From Camelus dromedarius (Eukaryota): 64,000 nucleotides of DNA. This document shows positions 1-14,113 of the stretch, one piece after another. Positions within the stretch are counted from its first letter, which is position 1, and every line of letters starts with the position of its first letter. The translations under genes and the position numbers were made by a program. Where the stretch lies: the NCBI RefSeq assembly GCF_036321535.1, contig NC_087436.1:70744001-70808000 (forward strand), given 5' to 3'. Below the pieces are notes generated by a model. The model ran no database searches and was not told where the DNA came from. It saw only the letters and a list, made by a program, of their open reading frames with translations.

Positions 1-3000
1 TGTGTTTGTGTATGTACTCTGTGTGTGGCTGGTGCACATATGTGCAAAGTTAGAAAGAGACAGAGTGATGGTAGACAAAGGGCAAAGTTACCTAGCCTCC
101 TGTGTCAGCTTCTGTAAAACCCAAACCACGTATGAAAAAATCCATCAGAGGTCCAGGGGACATTATGCAAATGAGGGTAAATATGTTTTATTACCCAGTT
201 AGCTGTCACCATCACTGATACAATAACCCTTACTTACAATACAAAATCCGTAGGACTATTAATAGACCACTTACACATTTATAAAGTATGGGAGTGCCGA
301 TAGATCTGCGGAGGTATGTATGTATACCTCAACTATATTCACACTTGTTTTTAAGATTGAACGGCAGTTATTCTTTATGATTGGGACATTTAGAATATAT
401 AGGCCTATACATATGTGTATATGTGTATTTCAAAGTACCCCATATTGAAAATTAGAAAAAAAGAAAATTATATCCTTATTAACCAAATTTAGCATGTTAT
501 CTAAATGTAATGTTTTAGTAGGCTGCACTGTGAATTATGAATCTGCATTAAAAACAGCATTTTTAAATGCTGAATCCATAATTTTGGATTCCTATAACCA
601 TATTTGTGATATATCTTAACTAAGACAAGTTGATGAGTACTAGAAGCAGAATGAAACCACTTATTTTGGTTTCATAATGTGCACATATTGACTCCCACTC
701 ATCCTAATTAAATTATAATTCTGTTCTGCTGAAATTTTGATGATGAAAGTTTTGTTATTCTAAATTAGCTATTACTTTTATAGTATCTAGTAATCTGAAA
801 ACTTTGAATTTTATACAAATTAGACATAAATGGCCTACAATTTTTTTCCCTAAAATGAAAGTGGCAAATTAAATGGTATTTGTTAAAACCTCACATGCCA
901 AATTTTGTCATCATGATTGCATTAAAATGATTCCTCTGTATTACCTAGTTTTTCATTACCTTAATATAAAACTCCATAAGAATCTTCTCCTTTTCCTTTA
1001 CTGATGGAATCATCAATAAAATATTTTAAAACCATGAATAATAAGTTTAGCCTAACCTATGTTCTTGTTAAATTAAAGACACTTTTGTTCACTTCATAAA
1101 AGCTCCAGATGTAAAAATTTATTTTTCTGATCATGAATCAAGTATTTGAGGATTCATGCCCCCATGTTCCTTTTGAAGAATTCCTAAAGCAACTTAACTC
1201 AGTATTTCAACCTTTGAGTACATCTGAAAGCTATCTGCACCTTCATTTACTAGCCATATTCTGTGACAAAAGGTTGATATTCATGATATGAATGCAGAGT
1301 AGTACCTTATATTTGCTAAAAGGAACTGTTAGTAGCAAACCTTTTCAATATTTTGGGACCCAGGAAAGTATTTTAAAAATCATTTACTTTCAGAGGAACA
1401 CAAGTAGTTACCAAACAAACAAACCCCGAGGTCCATACAGAGCCACCGAATTATCTGTATTTTAACTGAATTCACTCATTGTTGAAGAACTAATCAGATT
1501 TTTGGGGTGGTTTTGTTTCTATGTAAACTGGACACAGAATACAACAGTAATTTTTTTTTACAAAGTGTTTCTCCTTGATGGAAATACGGAGATAAAAGAT
1601 GCAAGTTGTTAGAAGTAAAGGACTAAGTATACACTCAGAGTTGTTAACCAGAACCCTGTGGTTGTACAGACTTACTGTTGGAAGGAAAAGGATCACCAGG
1701 TCAAGGGTCTGCTTTATCAGAGCATAAAGGCCTGTGGTTTTGCATTTGAAAGAAAATCTCTTGGAGACACTTTTCCTTGATAAAAGTCAGTCTTCTTTAC
1801 TGTGCAAAACCACTACCGACTTCGAATACTTATTATTTTGTGTGCCATACTTGGTAGTTTTCTTGCCTCTTCTTCTGGTCAATCCGTGGAGTTGGGTGGG
1901 GAGATGGAGGAAGTCAGAGAAGTGGGAAGACAGCACCTTTTCTAATCAGCCCCCACCACCTCAAAGAACTGGGGCGGGGTGTTGGGGGGGAGAAAAAGAA
2001 TCGTCTGCCACCAGAAATTTAGTTTGTATATATTTTATGCACATGCACCAACACACACAGAGTAAATCTTTTATCAGCTATATATCGGTGTTTGATACAG
2101 AGAATGATTGTCTTCCAAGTTTTTGGTTCTTTTTTTAAAACTGTGTTAAGTACTTGAAATGTATTGACTGCTGACTATCTTTAAAAAAGCAAAACAAAAC
2201 GATTTAAGTTGTATTACAGAGGTTGACATTGTTCAGGGATGGGACAAAGCTTTCTTCAATCCTTTTCATACCACTTAATGATTTTGGTGCAGAACTTGAG
2301 ATTTTCTTATTTATTCTGTGATATTTCCCATCCACTCTTCACAGCATGAGCGTGAAGCTCAGAGCACCAAGTGGCTGAACACAACCAGAGGATATTTTGC
2401 TTGGGCCTTGGGAGTTTTCAGATAATGATTTCATTGAGCTTCATTGCAGCCTGAAATAAAACAAAAAAGTTTTGGGATATATGCTAACCAGTCAAGTTGT
2501 GTTTTGACCAGAAATTTGGATACGTTCTATTTCTCGGCTCATTTCTTTGTGCTCTATGGGTACATGCAAAAATCCTGAATTCTGTTTCTTAGGCAAATAT
2601 TGCAACTCAGGGCTAAAGTCATCCAGTGAAAATTTTAGAGCCAGAAGTAACTTTGTCCCAGCCCTACAATGTGAAAAGAATGAATAGTTGCCTCTTTTTA
2701 GCCATTTTCATGGCCGGTACATATCCGTACACATTACTTTTCAGAATCAATACGCACTTTCAGATAATCTTATTTTTATTCTCTTAAGTCTTTATTAACT
2801 TTGGAGAAATGATGCATCTTTTTATTTTAAATGAAGTAGATCAACATGGTGGAACAAAATGATAAAGAACAGAAAACATTTCAATATATTACTAATAATT
2901 TTTTTCCAATATAAAACCTAAAATTCCTATAACATTATAGTATTTTACAGTTTTATGAAGCTTTCTATTGTGACTTTTATGGAATTAAGAGATGAAGAAG

Positions 3001-3072
3001 ATGAGATATTTTAGCATTTATATTTTTCAAAATTAAATGTATACTTAAAATAAAGTAACTTTATGCATTTAT
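1..3072 (+). other. Probable distal 3' UTR of an unidentified + strand gene
   Basis: About 3 kb of AT/U-rich sequence with no recognisable TEs, ending in TGTA...AATAAA and a GT-rich downstream tract. Repeats begin right after it. Contains a Pumilio-type TGTATATA (2025-2032) and further AATAAA at 1015 and 2455. Confidence 0.6.
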
Positions 3073-3092
3073 GAGCGTCGAGTGCTTTTGTT
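3038..3092 (+). terminator. Polyadenylation signal
   Basis: TGTA at 3038, AATAAA at 3049-3054, probable cleavage near 3070, then GU/U-rich gtcgagtgcttttgtt. Confidence 0.6.
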
Positions 3093-4534
3093 CAACTCTT
3101 CAAATAATTATTAAGTGCCTGTTACTTCACTCCTCTGGGTTCTGCAGGTAATAGAAAGATGAGTAAGTCAGAGTGCCTGACTTCAGATTGCTTTTCATCT
3201 CTCTAGACAAGAGGATAAAATAAATGTCCAAATGATACAAAATAAGAAATTGTAAGAATTATCTAGTCATGTCTTAATGAAGTGCTGTCATGCAAGGATT
3301 CAAAGCAAGAAAAAGTATGTCCACTGAGGACAAAGAAATGGTTTATTGAGAAGGTGGTATTGTTACTCTTCTTCTATAAAGTTGGTGAAATAGAAAATGT
3401 CATTTTTCTTGACTCTATATATGATATTGATGTATACAGTCAATTCTCATAGCAAAAGAACTACTAGGCATAAGCACTTACTAAGAAATAGTTACTCAAA
3501 TTGAACAAAATCCTGGAATGGTGCTCGACAGAAGATACATAACAGCTGGGCTGTCCAGGTTTCCATGTAATATTTACAACTCTAGGAAATTTCAGTTCAG
3601 CCCTAATTTATAATCAGAGAATTGTGGTAGGGTTGGTGAGGAGGATAGGGGAACAAATAGAAAAAATAAGAAGGAGCAGTAAACAGTTACATTTTTTAAA
3701 AAAGGTAATGCGGTAGGGACACTGGTCAAAACAATCTTTCAATCTGAAAACAATATAGAGGCAATGGCTCTGGCATCGTGGTGGTGGTGGTGGTGGTGAC
3801 AGTGGAGGGTAGGGATGGAATTTGGATTATATCACTGAGCTAGAAGAGTGGCAGAAGCCATGCTCAGAAGAGATCATAATATGGGAGGATTTCATTAATT
3901 TCTCGACATACCCACAGACAATGCATTAACCATTGCATTACCATAACAGTAACTGAGCCAAGAAACTAGGATCACAGTATATTTTGCATATTATGAAAAG
4001 GAAATGGACTTCAGCAAGCCTTCGTTATGCTACCTGACCTACCCGAGAACAGGGAGCGAAAACACAAGCCTCTGAACTACCAGATTCTGTACCAACGCCT
4101 AGAACCACAGCTTCAGCTCCACAGTTCTGAGAGAGGAGCTCAAATCCTCACTTAAAGTCTGTTTACACTTACTTTTTTCAAAATGCTTGGATTTGTTAAG
4201 CTTGATTATCTATGGATTTCTCGGAACATAGGAGGTGAGAAACGGTAGAGAAAATTACTAACCAGAAAACTGAATTAGTAAGAATCGGTAACTTAGTCCT
4301 GGTGGGAAAAGAGAAGATACAAAAAACTGCATAAAACATAAGAAGTTAAGAGTCAAGCTGTTTCTTACACAGGCAAGAAGACCACAACAGGTCTGAAAGG
4401 TGAAATGCATTGGTTTTATACTGTTGGAAATCTATTGATTAAAGAATTAAGCTGATTAAGTATCTTACAAATGTATTACAGTTAATGTTCGAAATGATGC
4501 TTTGGGGCCACCAAAAATATTAATTATGTTCTAT

Positions 4535-5670
4535 TTTTGTTCATTCATTCATTTACAATTGTTGAATGGAGTAGTTGCTGGAGAACCAAAAATAAGATAT
4601 GATCTGTAACTTTAGGTGACTTGTGGTCAAGTGTGACACATAGACGAAGTGAACTAAAAACCTGTGAGTGCTGTGATAGAAGCATGTGTCAGGTACGGTG
4701 GAGGCCCATGTGAGAAAGTTATCAATTTTGTTTGAGCATAAGAGGTCAACCTGTCAGGAGAGGTTTCTAAGGCAATCTGTCATTTTGGGTGAGAAAATGT
4801 TTGTCAGACAAATGGTGTATGAAGTGGAGTGAAGAAAATGGAGAAAGGCCTTTCAAATCTGGGAGACAGAGAACAGAATCAGGGCAGAGAATTCCATTTA
4901 TTCAATCACTTCTTCGATATTGTGTAGCAGAATCTCTACTTAGTCAAAGCAGTGAACAAAATAGAAACAGTTCCTCCCCTATGAGCAAATTTAAAAATGG
5001 TAACTCTAGAGTTAAAAATTATGAATAGTGCCATGAAGGATGAAGAGGGGGTCATATGAGAGTCAAGTGAACTTAATGGAGGCTGGGGGGACAGGGAAGG
5101 CCTCCCTGGGAAGTGATGGTGGAGAGGAGACCTGAAGTGTGTGTGGAGGAGCCATGTGGACAGTGAGGCAAAGATGGGCTCAGGCAGAGGAATCAGTAGT
5201 GGAGGCCGAAGGGGGCCAGAGGATTGGGAGAATGATGAAGGTTCATGGGACAGGGCATCGCTGTGGGCACAGGACCCGTGTATTAGCAGTAACTTAAGCA
5301 AACACACTGGCTGGTTAGGAAGTGCTTGTTTGGGAGGGGAAGCCTAGAATGAGGTTTTTCGGAGATGAACACCTTCTGAGAAAGGTCCAGGATGTGTCTT
5401 CAGGAGATAGCAGACCTCTCAGCAGCGTTTGACATTAATGAGATCCTTGCTTCAACTCAAGAGTTCGGGCTTATAGTAAAGGGCAGAGACAATCCACTAA
5501 GAATTTTGAGAAGAAAAACAGTGATCATATTTGCCCAGAATGAGGACTATATGAGAGTTGCTGGACTAGCCGCAGAGCGACCAGTGGAAACCGTTGGACT
5601 GATCCAAATGAGGGATGAGGGTTGGACTGGTCCAGAGCTGGGCATTGCCAGGGGTGCGCTGGGTGACTAT
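4535..5670 (-). mobile_element. Degenerate L2 LINE fragments
   Basis: ttcattcattcattta end motif and typical L2 minus-strand text (gggaaggcctccctgggaagtgatg, atccaaatgagggatgag). Confidence 0.55.
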
Positions 5671-5689
5671 TAGAGCACCTAGATTCTCT

Positions 5690-6400
5690 CATATGTTTCT
5701 GTCTGAATCTTCTTAGAATTTTTCACATCTTTCTTTTTCTTTCTTGGACAATGAGATGTTAGTATCCTAAGTCCTTCTTTCTGTTCCTTCTCATGTGCCT
5801 TTGTGAGCTCCTCTTCCTCTACTTAGCTTTTCGGTATCAGTAGCCTTCAGGGTTCTGCAGGTGAGCTGATTCATGATCTGTTACAGCAATCATATCCATT
5901 CCCACGGCTTCAGTTATGTGCTGATAGCTACCAAATCTGCATTTTCTGCCCAGATCTTTCTCCTGAGCTTCTGATTTACATATGCAACTGATTTTAGAAT
6001 ATTTGTCTTTAAGTAATGCATGTTCACAGATCCAAAATGAACCATCCACCTATCCCACCAAAACACACTCACTCATGTTCCCTGTGTCAAGAAATGATGT
6101 CATCAGCCACATAGTAGCTCAAGCCAGAGGCCTAAGTGTCATCCTGAATTCTGGTTGCTTCTTCATGTCACTCATTCAGTGAATCACTAATTGTATTCTA
6201 TTCTCCCTCCTTTGTAGATCTAAATAATTAACTTTTTATGAATACCTTCATGGCCATTACATTAGATATCCATCATTTATTACCTGGATTACTGAACTAG
6301 CCTCCCACTGGTGCCCATGCCTCTAGGTCTGCCTGCTGAAAATACATACTCCCTACCCCTTGCCTCCAGGATCATTTTTTAAAATGTAAAACTGACTTAC
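5690..6400 (+). mobile_element. Degenerate L2 fragment
   Basis: L2-like motifs such as cccagatctttctcctgagcttc and tacctggattactgaactagcctcc. Confidence 0.55.
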
Positions 6401-7950
6401 GTACATACTAGTGAACCAAGACTTCTCCTTTCTAAAATTCCATTAAAACTATTAAAAGGAATAAAATAATTTTTGGAAGATGGCACAGGTGGACAAGAAA
6501 CTCCCACAAAATTCTACTATGGAAGTTAAATGCAGGTTTGGATGCTGAAGCAGACTGCAGGAAGCTGCAGACTAGAATGAATGTTAAGCAAGCTGCAGCT
6601 CAGGTCATAGATGAATTGCCAGGAGAATCTCAGTAAGACTCAAATGTAGCAGGGAAGACCAAGGATGGGAATGGGGAATGGAGAGCTGAGAATGGATATT
6701 AACAGGATTTGTGTATATATATAGAACCCACTCCCACCTTGGCTTGATGTCAGCCTAATGCCTTTGCTTTGGGTTTAAAAAAAAAAAAAAAAAAAAGAGG
6801 CTTCTTCTCTATGACAACTGAAGAAATTGCCTTGGAAGAAATTGGGAACTCCTGTTAAAAAATTGGAAGATAATGTTTATGAACGCTCTCAAAATACAGA
6901 ATCAAAAATAAAAGAAAAATACACAAGAAAAGGCAGAGGGTATCAATATAATATAATACAATAAAGAAAATTTCTCAGAAATGAATGTTGTTACACATCA
7001 TATACAAATCTGAACAAATAATTTAAAACATGTGCATAGCACTGTTGGATTTCAGATTACCAAGAATAAAAATTTCAGAACACAAGAATAAAAGAGTATC
7101 TTAAAATTGTCCAGAAAAAGCAGCCACATACAGAGAAATAATAACCAAGGTGATGCCAATCTTTTTAATAGCAAAAGTTGATACTAGAAGATATTAATGC
7201 AATGTCTTAAAAGAAACCTCTGGAGGAAAATAATTTTAAACTGAATATTGTAGACCCTACTAACCTACCAAACAAGTGTAAGGCAGAATAAACTATTTAA
7301 AAGTCATCAAGTTCCAAACAGTTTATCTCCAGTTCACCTGTTTCTAGGACATTACTTAAGACGGTACCTCACTATAAGGGATTTAATTGAGACAAAGAGT
7401 CAAGGTAGCAAAAAGCAATTGATCCAACCTTATTGAACAGTCAAGTCACAGAATAACAAGTCTACATTAGGCAGAGACCAATCAAAACTAAAGAGGAAAG
7501 GCAGAGGGCTTTGGGAGAAGACAGAAAAAGTACTCCATGGAATGGTTAAAATGACTGGAAAACTTGAGTATAAGATAAAGGCAGGCATTATAAAAAAGGG
7601 CAATTCAAAAATTCTGGAAAAACCAAAGCTGCACAAGAAAGTCACGGTCCAAATACTAAGAAACCAGTCCAAATTGGAATAGAAGTTAACAGATATCAAG
7701 GAAAAGAATGCACTACACTCTTAGAAGGAGTTTGCATCTGGAAGATATTAGACATACGGTGAAGAAGGCATATGTTTATTTTCCCAAATTGAAAACAAAA
7801 GCAATCAGAAACTTCAGGAAAAATAAATACTGTATGAGCAGCAAATCGTCAAAATATGTAGTAGTCTTAGGTTTTAAATTATTGATAGAATGTAAAGGAA
7901 GAGAATTTTCTTGAATTTGACATTCTCCTTTGAAAGTATATTGGATTTAT
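6400..7950 (+). mobile_element. Old L1M/HAL1-like 5'/ORF1 remnant
   Basis: A-rich ORF1-like text (ataaagaaaatttctcagaaatg, gcaatgtcttaaaag...gaggaaaataatttt); no intact ORF. Confidence 0.5.
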
Positions 7951-9642
7951 AATTATACCCCACCCCTTGGTTCTACTAGAATATTAACATAGCCACCACG
8001 CAATGTGTTTGGAAGAACTGACAAATTTTAACTTTGGCTTAAATAGTCTGGGGTTAGGCAGCTTCCGGCTTTTGTTCAGTGTCTAGATACTCTCAGGGCT
8101 GGCATCCCTGTGATTCTCTTGGTTGTTTCATTCATATTCACAAGAGAACTGTTACACTTTCAGTCATCATATCAAAGCAGGAAGAAGCAGGAAAGGCTTT
8201 CTTAGCTGGGCTTTGCCTTCACATTTGGGGAAGGAAGCTCTGCCAAGCAGACTTCCCCTATTTCTTGGGTAGGTCTGAAATACTGCCCACATTTAGATCT
8301 ACCACTCACTAAAAGGAATTTGATTAGCATCTCCTGGGGCAAGGGTTGGGGTCCTTCCTTCCTGAGCTCAAGGTATCTCAGTCAACTATCTGAACAAATT
8401 GAAGTTGGTGTCAGGGGATGGGAAGAATGGATATTGAAAGGTGCAATAGCATGGTGATACGCTCTGTTTTGAAAACAAGTATTCTCCAGGCTCTGTCTTT
8501 TACCCCATTTCACCTGACCTTGAATGTCAGGCTGACCTGGTGAAAATTTAGCTTAGTCAGGAAATCTCAAACGTTGCGTGCGACTCAGAGAATTATCCAG
8601 GGGGTGCAGTAGCTAAGCATTAGCCACTGTGGAGCTTCAATTATTGATTAGGTTTCTCAGCTGGCAGACACAATTGCTCACTTTGGGCAGAACGACAAGT
8701 AACTATGAATTAGTGGATTAGTGACTATATATAAGCTGTTTTTAAAGGATCAGCTTTTTGAAGGGTGAGACTGTGATTAGAGGCTATGATTAGAAAACTG
8801 CTGAGTGTATTTTTGATGCCATGATACATATCCTCATACTAAATATGCAATTTAATACAAAAATGTATCTTTTTATATAATGCTTCTAGAATGCCATGCA
8901 AGCTGACATCATTATGCATACAAGTTGGGTTTAACACTTCAGTATCTTAATTATTTATTATCTGAGATGGGAGGCTTGAGTCTTCTATTAAGAAGCTGCA
9001 AAATGATGCTGTTGAGTTATTTATGAAACTTTGTGAAGGGTAACACTGGCAGGCTACTTTTTTTTTCTTTTTTGTGTGCAATGCTTAAGATTAATCAAAC
9101 ATATTTCAGACTTTGAACAGCTGAGTATGTGGGTAACTTATATGGAAAAAAGAGTAAAGTACAATGGTTAAGTGTCAGAGCTTTGGAGTCAGCTTTGAAC
9201 TCCTATCTTGCAAAATCTTCTGAGTCTCAGTTTCCCATTTCTACATAGAGGTAGTAACAGTGTAGTACCTATCCTTATGTTGGGTGGAATGAGGAATAAG
9301 AAAAGAAGTGTAAGATATGTAAGATATTTAGTACAGCACCTGTCAAAAATAATACCCCTTTGATTTCTATTTCAGCAATTCAAAATTTATAATTATTTGA
9401 ATAAAGCTGGCAATAAACTGCATTTTTGCATGATTGCTAAAAAGTAGATTCCAAGCAAATTAATGTTTTTCTGAAGATTTTCATGGAGAACTTCTAAACT
9501 ATTTGAGAATTAACTGATTTCTAACATGTAAGAGCAATTTCAGGATGACTATCCCTGTAGAAACAATTAATAGACTAATTATAAAACTTCCCTAACTATT
9601 TGTTAAAGTATAGTCCCTGAAAACCTCCTCTGGACAATTATT

Positions 9643-12520
9643 ATTTTTTTTAATTGAAGTACAGTCAGTTACAATGTGTCAATTTCTGGTGTACAGCACA
9701 ATGTCCCAGTCATGTATATACATACATATATTCGTTTTCATACACTTTTTCATTAAAGGTTATTACAAGATATTGAATATATTTCCCCATACTATACAGA
9801 AAAAAATTTAATCTATTTTTATATATAGTGGCTAACATTTATAAATCTCAAACTCCCAAATTTATCCCTTCTCACTCCCTATTCCCCGGTAACCATAGAT
9901 TGTTTACTATGTCTGTGAGTCTGTTTCTGTTTTGTTGATGGGCTTTTAGTGTTCTCTTTTTTTCTTTTCTTTTTTTTTAGATTCCACATATGAGTGATAC
10001 CTTATGGTATTTTTCTTTCTCTTTCTGGCTTACTTCACTTACAACAATGATCTCTAGTTCTATCTATGATGCTGCAAATGGCTTTATTTTATTCTTTTTA
10101 TGGCTGAGTAGTATTCCATCATATAAATATGCCACCACTTCATTATTCAGTCATCTCTTGATGGACATTAAGGTTGTTTCCATGTCTTGGCTATTGTATA
10201 TACTGCTGCTATGCACAGTGGGGTGCATGTTTCTTTTCAAATTAGAGTTCCCTCCAGATATATGCCCAGGAGTGGGATTGCTGGATCATATAGTAAGTCT
10301 ATTTTAAGTTTTTTGAGGAATCTCCATACTGTTTTCCACAATGGCTGCACCAAACTGCATTTCCACCAGCAGTGAAGGAAGGTTTCCTTTTCTCCACACC
10401 CTCTTCAGCATTTATTGTTTGTGGACTTTTGAATGATGGCCATTCTGACTGGTGTGAAGTGATACCTCATTGTAGTTTTGATTTGCACTTCTCTAATAAT
10501 TACTAATGTTAAGCATTTTTTTCATGTGCCTATTGGCCATTTGTGTGTCTTCATTGGAGAATTGCTTATTTAGGTCTTCTGCCCATCTTTGGATTGGGTT
10601 ATTTGGTTTTTTTGTTATTAAGTTGTATGAGACATTTATATATTCTGGAAATTAAGCCTTTGTCAGTTGTATCATTTGCAAATATTTTCTCCCATACCAT
10701 AGGTTGTTGTTTTGTTTTGCTTATTGTTTCCTTTGCTGTGCAAAAGCTTATGTTTGATTAGGTACCATGTGTTTATTTTTGCTTTTATTTCTATTGCCCG
10801 GGTAGACTGCCCTAGGAGAACATTGCTAAGATTTATGTCAGAGAATGTTTTGCCTATGTTTTCTTCTAGGAGGTTCATTGTGTCTTTTCTTACATTAAGT
10901 CTTTAAGCCATTTTGAGTTTATTTTTTGTGTGGTATGGAGGAGAATTCTAACTTTATTGATTTACATGCTGTTATCTAGCTTTCTCAACATGACTTGCTG
11001 AGGAGACTGTCTTTTCTCCATTGTATGTTCTTGCCTCCTTTGCCAAAGATTAATTGACCATAGGTCTATGGGTTTATTTCTGGGCCCTCTATTCTGTTCT
11101 ATTGACCCATATGTTTGTTTTTATACCAATACTATGCTGTTTTGATTACTGTAGCTCTGTAGTATTGTCTGAAGCCTGGGAGGGTTAGTCCTCCAGCTTC
11201 GTTCTTTGTCTTCCATATTGCTTTGACAATTCTGGGTCTTCTGTGATTCCATGTAAATTTTAGGATTATTTGTTCTAGTTCTGTGAAAAATGTCATGGGT
11301 AATTTGATAGGGATCTCATTAAATCTGTAGATTGCCTTGGGCAGTATGGCCATTTTAACAATACTAATTTTTCCAATCCAAAAACATGAGGTATCTTTCC
11401 ATTTCTTTAAGTCATCTTTAATTTCCTTAGTCAATATTTCATAGTTATCCATGTATGTCTTTCACCTCTTTTTTCAGATTTATTCCTAAGTATTTTATTG
11501 ACTTGGAAGTGATTTTAAAAGGGATTGTTTCTTTACTTTCTTTTCCTGCTATTTCATTGTTAGTGTAAAGAAATGCAACTGATGTCTGTATGTTAATCTT
11601 GTATCCTGCTACCTTGCAGAAATCTTTTGTCAGCCCTAGTAGTTTTTGTGTGAAGCTTTTACGGTTTTCTATATATATATATATCATGTCATCTACATAC
11701 AGTGACAATTTTACCTCTTCTCTTCCAAGTTGGATCCCTTTTATTGTTTTTTTCTTGTCTGATTGCTGTGGCTAGGACTTCCAAGACTAATGTTAAATAA
11801 AAGTGGTGAGAGAGGGCATCCTTGTCTAGTTCCACATTTTAGTGGAAAGGTTTTCAGTTTTCCACTATTATTATGTTGGCTGTGGGTTTGTCATAAATAT
11901 CTTTTATTATGTTGAGATATGTTCCCTCTAAACCCACTTTTGGCTAGAGTTTTTATGAAAAATGAGTGTTAAATTTTATCAAATGCTTTTTCTGCATCTG
12001 TTGAGACAATCATGTGATTTTTGTCCTTTCTTTTGTTGATGTCATGTATCACATTTATTAATTTGGGTATGTTGAACCATCGTTGTGTCCCTGGGATGAA
12101 TCCAACTTGATCATGGTGTATGATATTTTTTATGTGCTGTTGGATTCTGTTTGCTAACATTTTGTTGAACATTTTTGCATCTATATTCATCGATGTTATT
12201 GGCCTGTAATTTTCCTTTTTGATAGTGTCTTTGGTTTTGGTATCAGTGTGATGGTGGGTTCATAGGAGTGTTCCTGCTGCTTCAATCTTTTGGAATAGTT
12301 TGAGAAAGATCAGTATGAGTTCTTCTTTGTATGTTTGGTAATAGAATTCCCCAGTGAAGCCATCTGGTCCTGGACTTTGGTTTGTAGGAAGGTTTTTTTA
12401 TTGCTGATTCTATTTCATTCCTAGTGATTGGTCTATTCAAGTGGTCTATTTCTTCTTGATTCAGCCTTGGTGGAATATGTTTCCAGGAACTTGTCCATTT
12501 CTTCTAAGTTGTCCATTAGT
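9643..12520 (-). mobile_element. 5'-truncated, disrupted L1 (~2.9 kb; ORF2 RT/C-terminal part plus 3' UTR)
   Basis: Minus-strand ORFs give L1 ORF2 peptides ([21 protein letters not shown]...[10 protein letters not shown]...[32 protein letters not shown]). Broken by frameshifts and stops; T-rich tail at the left end. Confidence 0.95.
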
Positions 12521-13524
12521 TTCCATCTATACTTCCATCTGGATATAGCAGAATTCATAGCAGAGAGAAAATAGAGCACAAGAGAACCAATGATGGCTAT
12601 TAAAGCTTCTGTTCCTGTTTCATTGCCCCAAGCGAGTCACATGACCACGTTTAGGTCAACAGTGAGAGACCTATAATCCTCCCTCAGGGAAAGCAGCAAA
12701 TGGAGCACTACAAAACACAATCTGGCACCTCTCCAAACTCATTCACAAATATTTGCTTCCCTTCCTTCTGCACACAAAATATACTCAGCTCCTTCTCAGA
12801 AGAGGAAGTGCTGAAAGTCCAGGAGTAGCGTCAAGATGACAGTAAATAATTTTGTGGTTGTCTTTGCTGTATCAGGTCTGAGGGTGCTCTCGCTTCATCA
12901 GGGACTCCACACACCCACAATCCAGTGATGAAAGAGAGTGAGGCAATAGGCATAAGAAGCTGGCTGGAATCAAATACATTTAAAAAGCCTCATTCTGAGA
13001 GTTTTATACTAGTTGAGACTAAATATGATGGTGGTTGTTTTTGACCAAAAATGACCCGTTGGGTCGCCAATATTCCATGTAGAGGAAGTAGGCAGAGAAA
13101 GCTGCTTTAGTGCCAAGGAGGACATATACTCCAATGTCCTCTTTGATTGTGGCAAAGAAGGATATTGTGGAAAGAAAAGCCTTCCAAAGGGTAGAGTAAA
13201 GAGCCCAGAGGATACAGACTGGGAGTTTATTCTCTGGGAACAGAAGAGGGGTCTAATCAAGGAGTATTCCTCAGCCTCAGAGGAAGGGCAGTTCTTAATA
13301 CATTCACCCAATGTGATTTCAGAATTGCTTCATGCCTCTTACTATTTCCTTTCTTTGTGAAAGGAAATATTTGTTGCAATTGTCCTATCATTATTAAAAT
13401 AGATATATTCTACATGAGTATCGCATACTGACCAATTGTGCCACTGGAGCTCCTAGATAAATATATTCTACACAGAAAAGTAAATGAACAAACTACAATT
13501 ATATGCATTAATGTGTGTTGTGTC

Positions 13525-14113
13525 CGTGTGTCCTAGAGAAATGGGGCCAGTAGTACGTGAAGAGAGAGAAAGAGGGAGAGAAAGGGGAGGAGAGAGAGGG
13601 GAGGAGAGAGAGGGGAGAGAGTGATTATGAGAGATTGGCTCTTGTGATTATGGATGCTGGAGGCTGACAAGTCCTGAGACTGGTGGGGTGCATTGGTTGG
13701 CAAGCTGGAGACCCTGTAGAGTCAATGGTGTAGTTCCAACCCAAGTTTGAAGGCCTGAGGACCAGGAGAGCTTATGGGATAGTTCCAGACTGAATGTAGG
13801 CAGGCCCAAGACTTAGGAAGAGCCAGTGTTTCAGTTCGAGTCTGAAGTCAGGAAAACAGCAGGAGCAACAGTAATATACCAGCTCAAGGGTATCAGGAGG
13901 GAGGCATTCCCCTTACTCCTTAGAGGATCAGCTTTTTGTTCAATTCAGGCCTCAGCTGATTGGGTGAGGCCCACCCACACTAAAGAGGCGGCCTGCTCTA
14001 CTCAGTCTACCAGTTCAAATGTCAGTCTCATCCAGGAACACCCAGAATAATGTTTAACCCAATGTCTTAGCACCCCATGGCTCAGTCAAGTTGATATATA
14101 AAATTAACCATCA
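13525..14113 (-). mobile_element. MLT2-like (ERVL) solo LTR
   Basis: gattggctcttgtgattatgga...ggcaagctggagaccc, ending gtcaagttgatatataaaattaaccatca; internal GA-rich tract. Confidence 0.75.

Noticed and set aside
1734..2138. 134-aa ORF
   Set aside because: GTG start, no recognisable domain, and located within the probable 3' UTR.
1..3072. Gene name for the 3' UTR
   Set aside because: No coding sequence is present and I cannot reliably recognise the UTR.
9990..12190. ORFs as host genes or an active reverse transcriptase
   Set aside because: Fragments or antisense frames of a broken, 5'-truncated L1.
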